Assembly (NCBI GenBank): GCA_964035545.1
Contig: OZ037765.1
Span: 19,034,995-19,098,994 of the forward strand
DNA length: 64,000 nt
Source of the DNA: Bugula neritina
Taxonomy: Eukaryota > Animalia > Bryozoa
Direction: 5' to 3'
Positions 28,590 through 42,376 of this stretch are shown here, in pieces. Every line of letters begins with the position of its first letter. Position 1 is the first letter of the stretch. The notes under the pieces were generated by a model that saw only the letters and a program-made list of their open reading frames with translations, searched no databases and was not told the DNA's origin. The position numbers and the translations under genes are program-made.

Positions 28590-30200
28590 TAAGTAGTTGG
28601 TTGACTGTATGAATAGCGACATATGAGTAACCAAATATGTATTAATTAAAATTTGCAGCCCTGAAAACTATTGCCACACACTCCAGTTTTAATTGTATAG
28701 CATTTTGTTCATTATTAGTTAAACTTCTAAATGCATAGGGTAATGGTTTATCCTGTTGCAGTTTTACTGCTCCTATACCAACTGTGGAAGCATTTGTCTG
28801 TATCACTACAAGGAAAGACTGTTCAAAGTATGGTAGTGCCTCGACATGGTTAAGATTGCCTGCAGTCAGGCAAAAACAGTCCGGTAGTCTGTTCCTCAGT
28901 GACAACCATTGCCTTGTTCCAGTAGTCTTTGAAGTGACTTTGCTCATGTGTACAAGTTTGTTGAGGAAATCTAGTCATATATGTAAAATGTACAAGAGAT
29001 TTCTTGGCTGCTTGTGGAGATTGAGGCCACTTCATTTCAAGCATTGACATCACTTTAGCTAGGTCAGTGGTTAACAAATTTCCAAAGAAAGAAAGACTCT
29101 TCTGCGAAACTGACACTTGTCCTTTTTCAGCTTTGAACTTATTTCTCCAACTCTACAGAAAAACGCTTTTGAATTTTGATCATGATGCCCACAAACTGAT
29201 ATACGAGAATGTCATCAGAATCTACTGTAACTCTTTCAGTCCAAAAATCTATTAGTCAGATACCTGATGAACTCTCTTGGTGCTGAAGACATAACAACAA
29301 AGCATTCAAAAAAATTTGCATATATACCAATTGGCACCCAGGTGATAGCCAGATTTGTTGAGTCTTCAGTTAATGGTATTGAGTATAATCCCTTCTTAGC
29401 ATCACAGAGAGGGAAACTTTGTCTTATTAATTTCAGGCAACAAATCCTTCAGTGTTGGTAATGCATTATGACTTCGTCTGATAATTTTATTCAAGTTCTG
29501 TAGTTCAATAAATACATACTAATTTTGCTGTTTTGCTTTTTTACAGGTTGTAAGTGACTAATCAATTCTGTGATATGGTCAGCTTTCATTATAATTTGTC
29601 ATTGTTCCAGTTGCTTAATTTCTTCAATCAAGTCTTCTCGATGGTCAGAATAATATGGGTTCACAGTTGGGATCAAGCTGTACTTGTTAAGTCGACCAAT
29701 TGTAGTAAAAAGGTCAGTGAAGTCCTATACAATAGAATTAATTTTCTCATCACAACCGATGATTTGGCCTATTTCCTTTTTGGATCACATGCCAGTTCCT
29801 GGCATGTAGCCCAAAAAGTGAACTATGCTGTTTGGTACCAACTACTAAAATTTTCTGTATAGCAAAGCCATTGTTGATGCCTTGCAAAAACAGCCAAGTC
29901 CACCCTAATGGTATACAAATATTGGGTCGAAGAATGTTAGAGTAGTGGTAGTTTTAGTCAAGATTGCTTTGCTTAGCTGTGCATAGTTATTCATGTTTGG
30001 GTGCTACAGGTAGCGACTGCATCAAATTATGTCTATATTTTGAGGGCAGTTTATGGTTTTCACCGATACTCCTGCTAGAAGATTCTTGCCATGTACAGTT
30101 GTTACTACCTTATGTTTATTCTCATAGTCATTGTCGCAGGTATAGTTCCATGGCACATGATTAGCAATCTCCCTGCTTTCATTCGGTCTAAATTGACACT
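28590..30200 (-). pseudogene. Heavily decayed Ty3/Gypsy pol relic (RT/RNase H), a different family from the young element
   Basis: RNase H-like IQTNASTVGIGAVKLQQDKPLPYAFRSLTNNEQN..ECVAIVF and RT-like DAKKGLYSIPLTEDS. Many stops and frameshifts. Boundaries approximate. Confidence 0.7.
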
Positions 30201-33200
30201 GTGCAGCATGGTAGTTTTACTTCTTGCATCTCAATAGCCCTGTCTTAACTCAGATCACAATGTTTATGTGTTTATTTATGTGAATTACATTTCAGTTTTA
30301 TAAACAGACACAGTTTGAGTTGTAGTTCTTAAGCATGAAGAAAGTCCTTATGCATGTTTTGTTGCAACAGCAAGATCATTGAATACATGCATAATACAAA
30401 TACATGAATTGTAATTGTAATATGTATATGATAATGCAGTACATTTCCACAAAAGTTTACTAATGACATTATATGTAACTATGCTGATGCGTGTAGCATA
30501 GACCTCCGTGATGAACATGTATATCAATATGATTATAATATTATTGATTATCATTTATTTTTACTGTATCACTTATTTTTAATATGATTATTGTCATCAC
30601 TGAACTATGATTATGTCAGTTAAGAGTTATAAATTACTTTTAATCTTACAGTTACACTTACAGTTACTGCAACACTGACTTCAAGACTAAGACAAAAGCA
30701 ACTGTAAGTGTAACTCAAAACTTCAAATTTGATTGCTAACGGTAAGCGTAACACAGTAACTAAAAATAAGCAAAAACAATAAACACAGTCATGAGATTGA
30801 GTTATAATAACAACAATTTTGATTAGTAATTAATTAGGTTATTAATTATCTAACATTATTTATTAATAATAATATTATTATAATATTAATTTACCTTTAG
30901 ACCATCATTATCATTAAGTTTAACACTTTAACGTTTAAGTTTAAGTTCATGATTATTATGATTATCATTGGATTCAATGAATAATGATCATCAAATTATT
31001 ATCATTATGATTATGGTTAAATTATCAACAGACAGATTTTCACTTTGCATGATGTTGATGATGATGCATCATCGCTTCAACTTCAAGTTCACGCATGCTT
31101 TAACTTTAAGTTTACTTTAAGTTCATCATTATTCATTATGCTTACACTTAGTCTTACAGTTACAGTGTTAGTTTATTCTTAGGACTAGGTTTTGACACTA
31201 TTTACAGAGCTCATTTGTTAAAGTTTTCGTTGAGTTTATAGCTCATTTTCAGCATTAGCTACTGCTATTATAATTGTCAAATAATTGAATTAAAACTCCC
31301 GGGGGAGTTATATTTGAATGTGTAAAACTAAGACGTCTGGTTCTTCAAAACCACTTGACAACAGTGAATAAACAGCAAATGAATGAGTTGGATTTTCCAA
31401 GACCTCTTTACCAACGGCACAGTTTATACATATAAACATAACATCGCTATATGATGAGATGTCATTGAAATGTTAAAACCAAAGGGTCAAGCTATCTCTG
31501 TATATGTCTAGGTTCCTAGAATAAAATCGCTTGAATCAGTGCGAAAATAGTGATCACTGAGAGCAGTGGTTAGGGTTTTGAGTTGGGAATTAAAGTTTGA
31601 ACAACCTAGCAAATACAAACACTGAAATAAGTGACTCCAAGTTTTTACAGCATAATATAGTTAGTTTTTGTTAAAACATAACTCAAACACTATGTAATGT
31701 AATCATTTTGCATTGCGCAATCACGCGTATTTTTTACTTGCTAATTTAATACTCGAGCCAGGTCAAGGTCAATTACTAAAGTTGTAAACAATTTTTCATA
31801 AGCAGCTCCAATTCGGGAGTGACTGAGTGCAATAGTTTATAATTCTCAAGTTCAAAGTTAGAAGTTCGAGGTTCCAATTTAAACCCCCAACCACAAAATC
31901 GAGAATCTAAACTACTGCAATCAATCACCCCCAACTCGGAGCTGTTTATAAAACGATTCGAGTTGTAAAGTAATAAAATTATAAACAGTATAAACTAATA
32001 TAAATAGTATAAACATTAACTTTAAGTGATTAACTATATATAATATATTATTTACTTCATATTCATACTGATATATTTAATTAAGTTTAATATTAAGTAT
32101 TAAGTTTGAATATTTGACTATTTTATGTGATTTGAATATAAATACTAATATCAAAAATGCCAAAGCCCGAGGGGAAAGGCGAATGTCAATGTGTGAAAGG
32201 GAATGATTTTCGTTATCATTGACATTATGATTATCATTTTGTAATTTTAATTCAGTAGTTATAATTGATATTATAATTATAATTAATTTGATCATAAGCT
32301 TAAAGGTAATGATATTGATCGAGGTAATTTTAATGATAATGATTAATGGTAGCGATTTAGTTTTAATTAATAATTAATCATGATTTCAAATAAAATCACT
32401 CGACCATAGGCATAACGACCTGCTGAGCGTAGTTTATACTTTACGAAACAAATTTTTAGTCATTTAAATGAGTAAATAAATTAATTATATCCAATATAGT
32501 ACCATTAAAATTAATAAATATTATAATTGTTTATATTGTCATAGCCATAATCATAATGAGTGTTAATGATTATTACAATCATAACCTTAATACATTTTAT
32601 ATCATTTAATTTTATCAACCTAAAGTGAATCTAAATTGTGATTTATTATTTTATGTTCTATCACTACGGGTAATAAAGTATAAGAAAGATAAATTGAATT
32701 GAGATTATTAATTATCACTTTAGTCAAGTTTAAGCTTGACTTTGTCTTTAATCTTTAAGCTCACCTTACAGTTAGTGTTACTCTTTCAGTCTTTAAGTTT
32801 TAGTTTTAGTTTATCTATATTTTGCCCTTAAATTTAAATTAAATTTCTGTTACCTCAATAACTTCAACTTTGAAATTTTGCTATTACTCAGTCAACTTTT
32901 ATCAAAAACAAGCGCAAACTTAAGTTGTGTATTACTCAACCATAAGGGTTAATAAGACTAATAAGTTATACTTAAAAATCTTTATCAAAGGAGACAGTGT
33001 GTACTAGTAAATGACTTAATCATTAAGTAAAAGTAATTCAGTGCTCTACTCATACTCAGTTATAATAGTTTTTTGTTTTTTTAGTTATTATAACTATTTT
33101 ATTTTTGTATAAATGTTACAATAAAACAAATATAATATTCATATTGGTGTAATCAGTAAGAGTAATGTAGGAAATATGACGCCTCAGTATTAAAATTACC

Positions 33201-33670
33201 AATATCAATAACAAGGCGTTGCATTACAATAATTAATAATCTAATTAAATTAATTTTTTTATTTTACCTGCTACAATAGTAGCAGGTAAAATAAAAAATT
33301 GCGTATAAATTGAGTAGCATTCTAGTCACGTGCTGTACTTATAAAATATGCTTATAATTATTTTGCTGCCACAATGGCTAATCTCTACTTTCATTACAAG
33401 ATATTTCATTACACTATGGTTGATTGATCTGTTCTCATACGTTAAACTAGTGCAAATGGCCATTTCAGTGAAATAAATGAATAGATTGAATAGATTTTTG
33501 TTCATACAGGGTATGGTTTTTTTCAAGCAACACTTTTCCCATTGATTAAATGACAAATTCATTTGCGCAATACCACCTTTGGAATGGTATTAATAGTTTT
33601 ACAGTAGGACTCATTTTAGTCATCTAATGTTATTCAATGTTAGATGGTTCAGATTTAGTTTTATTAAGAG

Positions 33671-34181
33671 CCAGGTTGGGGTAATTGTAATTTGTAATTA
33701 TAATTGGTTGTAATTAATTACATTTTGCAAGTAATTGAATGTAATTTGTAATTGATGTATAAAAATTTGATTGTAATTGTAATTAATTACATAGCCAAAG
33801 TAACTGATTTTTACAATTACTTTATAATTACATAACAATTGTTTCAAATTTTTAAATCTTTTAAAATTCATACTTTTTCTACCATGCTCACTGGTTAATA
33901 AAAAGTTCAGGTTAATTAAAAGTGGTTTTGTATCACCCTACTACTTATTGTTGGGGACAAAGGAGGTTCTCCGCTGTCAAAATTGCTCTTAATAGTTAAA
34001 CCCCAGAAGTAAGATTATGCAACTTTTATTTGTCCCTTGTGAGAACAAAAGTAATTGTAATTAATTACTCTACCATGTAATTGTAATTAATTACATTAAT
34101 TTTAACGAATTACAATTGTAATTGACAAACTTTCGTGTAATTGTAATTAATTACATTCATATGTAATTGACCCTAACCCTG
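33671..34181 (+). mobile_element. Non-autonomous hAT-type MITE (511 bp)
   Basis: Imperfect TIRs CCAGGTTGGGGTAATT / AATTGACCCTAACCCTG. 8-bp TSD ATTAAGAG at 33663-33670 and 34182-34189. Subterminal GTAATT/AATTAC arrays. Confidence 0.88.
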
Positions 34182-34781
34182 ATTAAGAGATAAACTTGCT
34201 CCTGACCAGTGATTTGTATATATTATATAGCGATATGTTTTAACTGGCAAAAGTCTGTAAAGTAAGAACTCTTTACAACTTTAGGAAAATACATTTATTA
34301 TTGGAAAATTGAGACTAAGATCAACTAAGTTTTAAACTGGCAAGAATTAATGAAAACTTTTTATAGCTGAGTATAAGAAACATCAACAGCCTAAAGAATA
34401 TGTGGCAGTTAATTTCAATAAGGGTTATGTACATTCTTTAATTAACTGAGTGAATATAGTTATAAAATTTGTCATCAAGTTGACTAAATGATAGAAGTGA
34501 TAACTCACAGATTTTATTTTAATTTAGGTTTCATTTTATCGAATCAACGGTGCAAATAGGGTTAACGTCAATGAGGTTATGTACACAGCTTTTAAGTTTT
34601 CCAGCATTATGGTGTAGATCTTTTATTTCGAGCCTATACATCAACCCATATTAAAAAGGAATTATATGTTGAATAAGCATAGGTTTTAGGCCTATTTGAT
34701 GTTTATGTCAACAAAGTGAGTTTTAGACGTGCTGTGAAATTGTGTCGTTGTAGTGTTACATGTTTTTTTAGATTCAGTCTA

Positions 34782-37700
34782 ATGGAAGGCCACTCTTCAA
34801 AGAGAACTTCTGGGAGGTATTTATTTATGTTAATTCAGCTATCTTTTTCTTGGGTTTGTCAATATCAATTGTAAGAAGCAATTTGAAGAAAGTTTTTCTT
34901 TGCCTTTAAATTTGACATTTTAAATCAAATACTACATGGCGACCATAATAAACCATTACTATTAGTATAGATGTTGCTACTATTATAACAAATAATGCAT
35001 TTCCGATGGCAATTAAAGTAGTATAAGTATTGAAAATAAACTTTGGGTTGTGTTCAAATGGAAATCTGTTAAATTCCCTTAAAAGGTTTTCAAAACGCCA
35101 CTAATTGACTGTCACAAATTCTACTTTATAAACTATTATTGTATATATGTGACCAGTCGCGACAAAACCGGGGATGTGGCGGCGTTTATAAAGTGTAGTA
35201 AATGAAGGTTTAATTTGGATATACTTAAATTTGAAATTAATTTCCAGTTTTTAGGTTTTAAACTTTTCTAATACAAAAAAATCCAAGGATTTCAAACATC
35301 ATACTTTCGTAAGCATTTGATGATTCCTTCAGCTCCAAAATTGCATTTAAAGTTGGTAACTAAGGCATTCAATTTTTTAAATGATGAAAAAGTTGCGAAG
35401 TTATCAAATAAAGAAAGAAGACAATTTTAGTCATTTTCATAGCGTGAGATCTTGCAAATTTATTTTTTATCAAATGAATTCAGCTTACACCTCTTTCTTC
35501 GCATTGTCAGAAGCATCGTGTTTAAAATCGCAGGCTAGTTTTAGTTTTTCATCGTGCTCCATCCAAAGTTAGCTTTTAAGTTACTGAGCTGTTTTGCCCT
35601 TTGGTGATAAATGCTATATTTAATCTTTATCTTTAGCGTTCAAGCTTGAAAATCACAACAATACAGGTAATTATACTCAAAACCATCCTTTACGTTACTA
35701 ACTTAGAATTGTTGCCAGGATTATTTGTAGTTATCAATTTATTAAGAATCATACTTATACTATCACTAGGAGTAGGAGTATGTCTATTCTTATTCTATAC
35801 TACTAACTATTTAAATGACTCTCACTATGACTCACAGTTTGAGGTACGGTTACTCATAATGATAAACATAATGAATATCATTCATGATTTACTGATACTG
35901 GTATTTGGCAGTAAAACCAAATGTAGCTCATTAATATTAATAGTATAAGTAATAATTAATAATTATAAATTCACTATTTGAGTCTGACTCTGAGTTTTGC
36001 CTTCGGTCTTAAAACTTGATACTTATACTGATAGTATTATATTTATTGATTTATTCTATAGTTGATATTTAAATTTACATTGGACTTATTCTTAGTAACT
36101 TTTAGCCTCTGTCTTAGATTTTGTGAATACAGTTACTGATTACTATTACTATTAGTATTACTATTAATATTAACATTAGGCCTACAAGTCAAACTAACGT
36201 TTCCTTTTGTGATTTTTAAATTAGCTCGAAGTTTGATTTAAAATGTAATGATAAAATCTTTATCACATTATGCAGGCTTACAGTTACTGTCAAAACTCAA
36301 TCGGTAATCCTATTTATATTGATAAAAGCATCACCTATAACCAAATTGAAATGGTAAATGTGATTAAATGTAAATGAGTATAATGATGAAATATTAATGC
36401 GAGTTCATGGTGATTCTATAGTTGACTGACTTAGTTCTTCAGTAAGTTACTTTTAGTCCTATTTAGTGAGTAGTAACACTAACTGAATGCATAAATAGTC
36501 TAAACTTTTTAATTTTATTTTAAAGGATGAGCAAAAGTTTATTCATATTTTAAAGTAATTTATTGAATTCAAATTGATTTTATAGTAAATGTCTTTAATA
36601 TATTCAGTTGCACTTAGCTAGCTTTTTTACTCAATTAAATGCCTGAGTGGTTAATAGTTATCGAAAGACATTGCTTCAAAATTGCCAATTGCAGATATGA
36701 TAGATATTCAAGTGCATAATGTGTAATTTTACTGATAATACTATATTAATATAGAATAATACGATATTCTCATTCTGTACATTTTAGAAAGTGGACTTAT
36801 GAGAGCATTAGAGTGAAGACTTATACCTACACAACTCTACTACCTATCGATCTAACACTTCTAATGTAGACACTCTGAATTTTTGCTTGCAAGGTTATGG
36901 CTTCTGCTTATTTCATTCATAAAAAGGTTTGCAGTCTTTTAATGATGTGCTTGAAAATTTTCAACAATTTTTTTAATTTAAATTGTTCTGTTTAATTCAA
37001 TAAGCTTAAATGTTGATAAAATGCAGGATGACAATTAACTGCTGCCATAATAGTACCACAAGAGTGTTTAACCAACTAATTTTTTATAATATAACAGCGT
37101 ATAATTTCTAATCAAGCTACCGTTTTCTTTTGTTGTTTAAAAAAGTCAACATTGTACTTGCAGCTCTGGAATAGACAATAGATGGGTAGATTGGCAGAAT
37201 GGATGTCAAGTAGCAGCATCTATAATTGCTAGAAAATCAGCTGATGATAGTGATGAAGCTTTTGCCACATACATGATGTTATGTATCCATACTCTGTAAA
37301 CTCATATTATGAAGACCAAGGAAGTAGAAAGATAAAAAGTGCCTTTTTTGCAAAAACCGTAGAAGCTACCTAATTTTCTTTTCTTGATTAGAGTTAATTC
37401 AAGCATAATGGTTGTATCCAGGCTCGATTTGTTACTGCATTTAATTAGTTTTTTAAAATAATGTATTTGATGTTTTAAATGTGAATATTAATGCCTAATA
37501 AAACTCAAAAGTTCTAATCGCTGATTTTATGTTTATATTTTCAACATCAATTGCTAAATTTAGTTGCCGTTAGAGATTATAAAGATATTTATGAATGAAT
37601 CTCGAATGATCTCATAATAGTCGAATGATTTTCTCATAAGTGTTCTACTCATTAAGCAATAACTATGAAACAGCACAGCTCAATAGCTGCAGTTCGATAT

Positions 37701-40700
37701 ATTACACAATATATTAGAGGAGAGGAAGATATTCAATGTATAACAGGAAGCAGCTGCCATTTTGTTTTATATGACTTCCTGCTGACTTGGATGCCTAATT
37801 TAAATATCTCAACACACAAATTTGCTGAAACATCCTCTTCTCTGCTGGAATTGTTGAACCTTTCAATCATTAAACAAAGTAAAAAGCAAATTGACAAATA
37901 AATTAGACAAAAAGTTTGGCGGCCATATTTGACCTAATTTTATGTTGAGGCAGCATAAAATTTAATTTAACAGAAAGCCCAAAATTTCACAATTATTTTG
38001 ATACCAAATTTGCAACTATTCCTATTATACAAAGACCCGTTGCTAAGGCTTGTAAATTGTAAACAAATAATTCTCAACTTATTCTAGAGTTGCCAACTTT
38101 AAACGCGATTTTCTCGAAACAGTAATTTAGAAATGCTAAAAACGTTAAATTTTTTTTTAATACTGATATCTCGAGTTCTATTTATGCTAGAGACTTCAAA
38201 TAAAGTGCAAAATGTTCAAAAAGGTCTGCTCTATCACGCCATAGTAATAACCAGGTTTTCAACATTTTATATACATCCCTTGTTTTGTGGTGCCAGGTCA
38301 CATATATATATATATATCTATCTTTTGTTATTTAGCTTACACTCATAATTAGTATGGCACACAAGCCTATGCAAGTATTATTGCACAATAATTGTTTACA
38401 TTTTTAGTTACTCTTTATTGGCTAATGAATAGTGCCTATTCTACATGAGTCATCCACAGTGTGGAATGTGGTAGTATTTTCTAGAGTTTTTCTGTTTACT
38501 ATAAATACTGAGGCAGTTGTGTTTACAAATCAGTTCATTTTCATAAGTTCATCTGTGCATATCTTGCTGGAGAAATAAAGTCTACTTATATTCACAACTC
38601 TATTTACTCCCAACTGGATTAGCAAGCTGTATGCTACTTGTCTACACACTTCTGTCACACTACAACCATAGTGTTGTGACATTGACATTGTGTTTATGCA
38701 GGTCAAGACAGCCTGGGAATGTTCAAGACTCTAGCTGGGACTGTAGTGTATGCACATACAAGAACTCTGCAGAATTATTCAAATGTGATATGTGTGACAC
38801 CCGCAAGGGAACTTCCACAAGGTGATATTTTTACGTTTTTAGTCAATGGCTGTTAGTTTGTCTAGTATTAAGTAGGAGGTGAGGCAAATTTGTTTGCATG
38901 TATATTTAAATTATATGTAGGCTAAGTTTTCATTGATTTGGAAACTTGAGATCTGTGGTTGTTTGGGGCTACGTGAGTCATACAGCAGCATTATACAATT
39001 TGGGTAATTTTAGGCTACGGACTAATTATTAGATACAGAGTTTTATGATTTCTTATTTATTATTTTACTATTGACAGAAAAAATTTATTATGTGTAGTTT
39101 GATAATAATTTTATTTCTATAGCAACTCTGGTGGCTACAGGACAAAGAGTTTTTTTAATTACTTGCTAGTTTGCCTGAACTCACTTGGTTTAAGTTTTAA
39201 AATAATTTGTTTAGAAAACCTCGAACAAATCAACAACAGGCTATAATCCATCAAGTATCTGTACAGCAAATCAAGAAGGAGAAAAGCATGAGGAAGCAGA
39301 AGTTTAAAAGGTAAGATGCTTATTTAATAACAATTGTTTCAATGGTTGCAAAAATTGATGAGGGTTTTGAAATGTTCTATTCTCTTTTAAAATTTTTTAT
39401 AGACAAATCAGTTAAATATATCTAGTCATTATGATAACTTATTAATTTATTATTACTTCAATTTTGAGCATGTTAAATAGCCTGATTTATTTAATTTTTG
39501 TGATTTTGTTAATCATCTTTCAACTTTTTTTGCCTTTACTAATTTGCCTACCAGTTTGTTGGTGGTGTTTTACTGAATTTACATTGGATAAGATGGTTAA
39601 GCTTTCAAAATATGCGAGCTTAGACATTTTAATGTTGATACTCTATGATAAAACACCATGTAGTATAAGTCTAGTAACTTAATTTTTTTTGTTTTTCTGT
39701 TGTGACCATTTAAAGTGATTTGGAATCCTAGTTTTACTCTAAATGTTTACCAGAGTTCTTTTTCGAGAAAGTGTGCAATTCAAAAAAATATAATCAAGCT
39801 TTGTTTAGGCATTTATTTGCAAAAACAATACTACAAAAATGTAGTTTTAATAGGAAAAAAAAATTTGTTATGCAATAAGCCAATCTATAGTATTTATCTG
39901 CAAAATGTAAAATATAAAAGCTTATCACAAAAATTGGCCCTGAAATGTCTGAAGTAAAAACAACCCATTATATATTTTATTTTTTATATTCAATACTTTT
40001 GCTCTCTTCTCATGTCAAGCGTTACATGTCTGTTTGGCAAGATCTTAAATCATGCACTTGATTTGTTGCATGCTGTTTATTAATCCTGTACTGCCGAATA
40101 TGCATTTTATCCAGTGTATACATCTTATTGTATGTATACCTTATCTTTCATCCAGTCTCTCATCGCAGCTTCAGAGCTAGAAACTTATCTTATATACAGC
40201 TATAAAAACATTTCAGTTGATCAGCATTCTCTACTATTTGAGTTTTACTATTAGTTATCCCATAAAGGTATAATATTTTTTAAATGTTTGATCATGTAAT
40301 CCTTTCCATGATTTTTCATCATTCTCACTAGCATAATTGATAAAAATAATATTGTTTTTAAAATGTTAATTTATAAAATTTTCAACTTGTAGTCTAAATT
40401 TTGTGACAGGATAGTTTTTACTTCAAGAGTGTTGCTCTTCTACTGTTGAGTTGGAAATATAAGCAAATATTTTCCTTCAGCATAGAATTATTCGTTGCAA
40501 CCAGATTGGGTTGCAAAATCTCTAACATATTTCATTCAGCTATTTAAATTAGGAATAGTTTATGCCACAAAAATATGCTAGAGATTTTGAGTTTGGTGCA
40601 AATTTCTGTTTTTTTCTAGTAGTTCCAGTCGTCGTGGATGTTTTTATCTTGAAAAGAATCTTCAACTCAATCTCCAAGCTAAAATCAAACAATTTAAAAA

Positions 40701-40976
40701 TGCATCGCTGTGTCTTAACATGATGTGTTAACTTTTAGTAGATGTTGACGTAATTGTTGTATAATATACATTAGTCTACACTGTTTTAGACCAGCCAGAT
40801 TGAAGAATGTAGACCGAAGCACAGCCCATCATATGGTAGTAACTGTAGGAGAAGTTACGGTTATCATTACAGACTACAAACTCAAAGCTTCAGCTGAGCC
40901 TTCAACAGATATGGACAGTAGTATGTTAGAAGATAAACTCATGTGCCTTTATAGCACTGACAGTGATAGCAATTAA
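34782..40976 (+). CDS. RYBP: RYBP/YAF2 family non-canonical PRC1 subunit (145 aa, 4 coding exons)
   Basis: Exons 34782-34816, 38702-38821, 39215-39310, 40790-40976. NZF finger [32 protein letters not shown] and YAF2/RYBP motif [28 protein letters not shown]. Exon 1 is less certain. Confidence 0.93.
35148..38302. mobile_element. Unclassified 3.15-kb TIR DNA transposon derivative in the first coding intron of RYBP
   Basis: Left end TGTGACCAGTCGCGACAAAACCGGGGATGT versus reverse complement of the right end TGTGACCTGGCACCACAAAACAAGGGATGT. (TA)n on both flanks. No intact ORF. Confidence 0.7.
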
Positions 40977-42376
40977 TATGAAGAGGGTGTTTTGTTGTGA
41001 AATATATCTAGTTTTATCTCACAGAATACGATTGGCTACTGAATGCACTATGAACTATAAATTAACATGATGGTCTACACTTTACTTTAACCATTCATCT
41101 ATGCTATATTTTAGTGATTTTTCATATATCTCTGTGATTCCTGAATACATTTCACAATAGTTTACTTCTTAGCAGAATTCATAAGTTTTGTATTATCTGA
41201 GATAGAATTTTAGAAAATCTTGCAGGAAGTAATGTGTCATGAGGTTGTCAAGAAAGAAAAAGAACTTAGGCTATTGAAATGTCTTTGTTAGGTACTCAGA
41301 TTATTGAATTGCTGCTTGCTAAAGTCATACTAGTTTTTGAGTCAAAAAATGGAACTTACTTTATAATCTATATAGTAAAAGCTTTCATTGCTGACATCAG
41401 TTAGAAATGTCATCAAATTGTCAATGTTAAGTTTTGAAACTTTAATAGACCACAACTTGGCACACGCACACTTGTGCACACACGCAAGCACACTCAAAGT
41501 ACAAAAGTGAGTATTTTGTTTCTAAATTTGACCCCTAGCTACAAAATGTATTTGGGAGATTTGCCAGATCATATTTACATTAGAGGGTGTGTATAGATAA
41601 GACACATTTTTTGAAAAAATGCTGGTTTAAAACTACTCGTTTACTTGCTGCTATATATTGTTTCTTTGAAACCTGTATCGCCAACTGGTGAGTATTGCAT
41701 TACATTATGAACATTTTTATTCTATTACATGTTATCAATTGACTATATGTAATAACTAGCTAAATAACAGGGTTGAAAGGCTCAGTGTATGCCTATTACT
41801 GATGCTCTTTACTATCTTACATGTACAAGTAGTTGCAGTACTTTCCTAGCACTACAATGTTGTCCATCTTGAATTTATTATTGCAAGCCATGGAGTTTTC
41901 TTTTTTTTCAATCGTAGTTCATTCACGCTGCTGTGGCATGTTATAGTTATAACATCAATCTATTTGCAATGTCATAATTGGCCAATATTGAATTGTCAAT
42001 CTCTGAAAAATTTCAACAGTATTAACACAGCGCTGTTTATATTTTTACTTTCTAGTCTATTACTGAAATTAGTTTTAACTTGGACAATCCAGGTGAGCAA
42101 ATTTCAGAGGTAAACTCGGCATTGATAAGGTTGCAAGTTGGCATATTATTGAGTGCCTTTGTTACCTGTTTTCATGCTCCAGTGAAATACTATAGACTGC
42201 CAAAGTCTTTTATGAACTGTGATCTCTTTGATGGCATGATTTACATAGCAGATCATATAGTTGGCTTGTGACACTAATAGATATTTATATAACTGAAGCT
42301 GTATCTATCAAATCATTTGGGCGTATCAACTATCATAAAGGTTTAGGTTGTAGTGCCACTGCAGACGCTCAACAGC

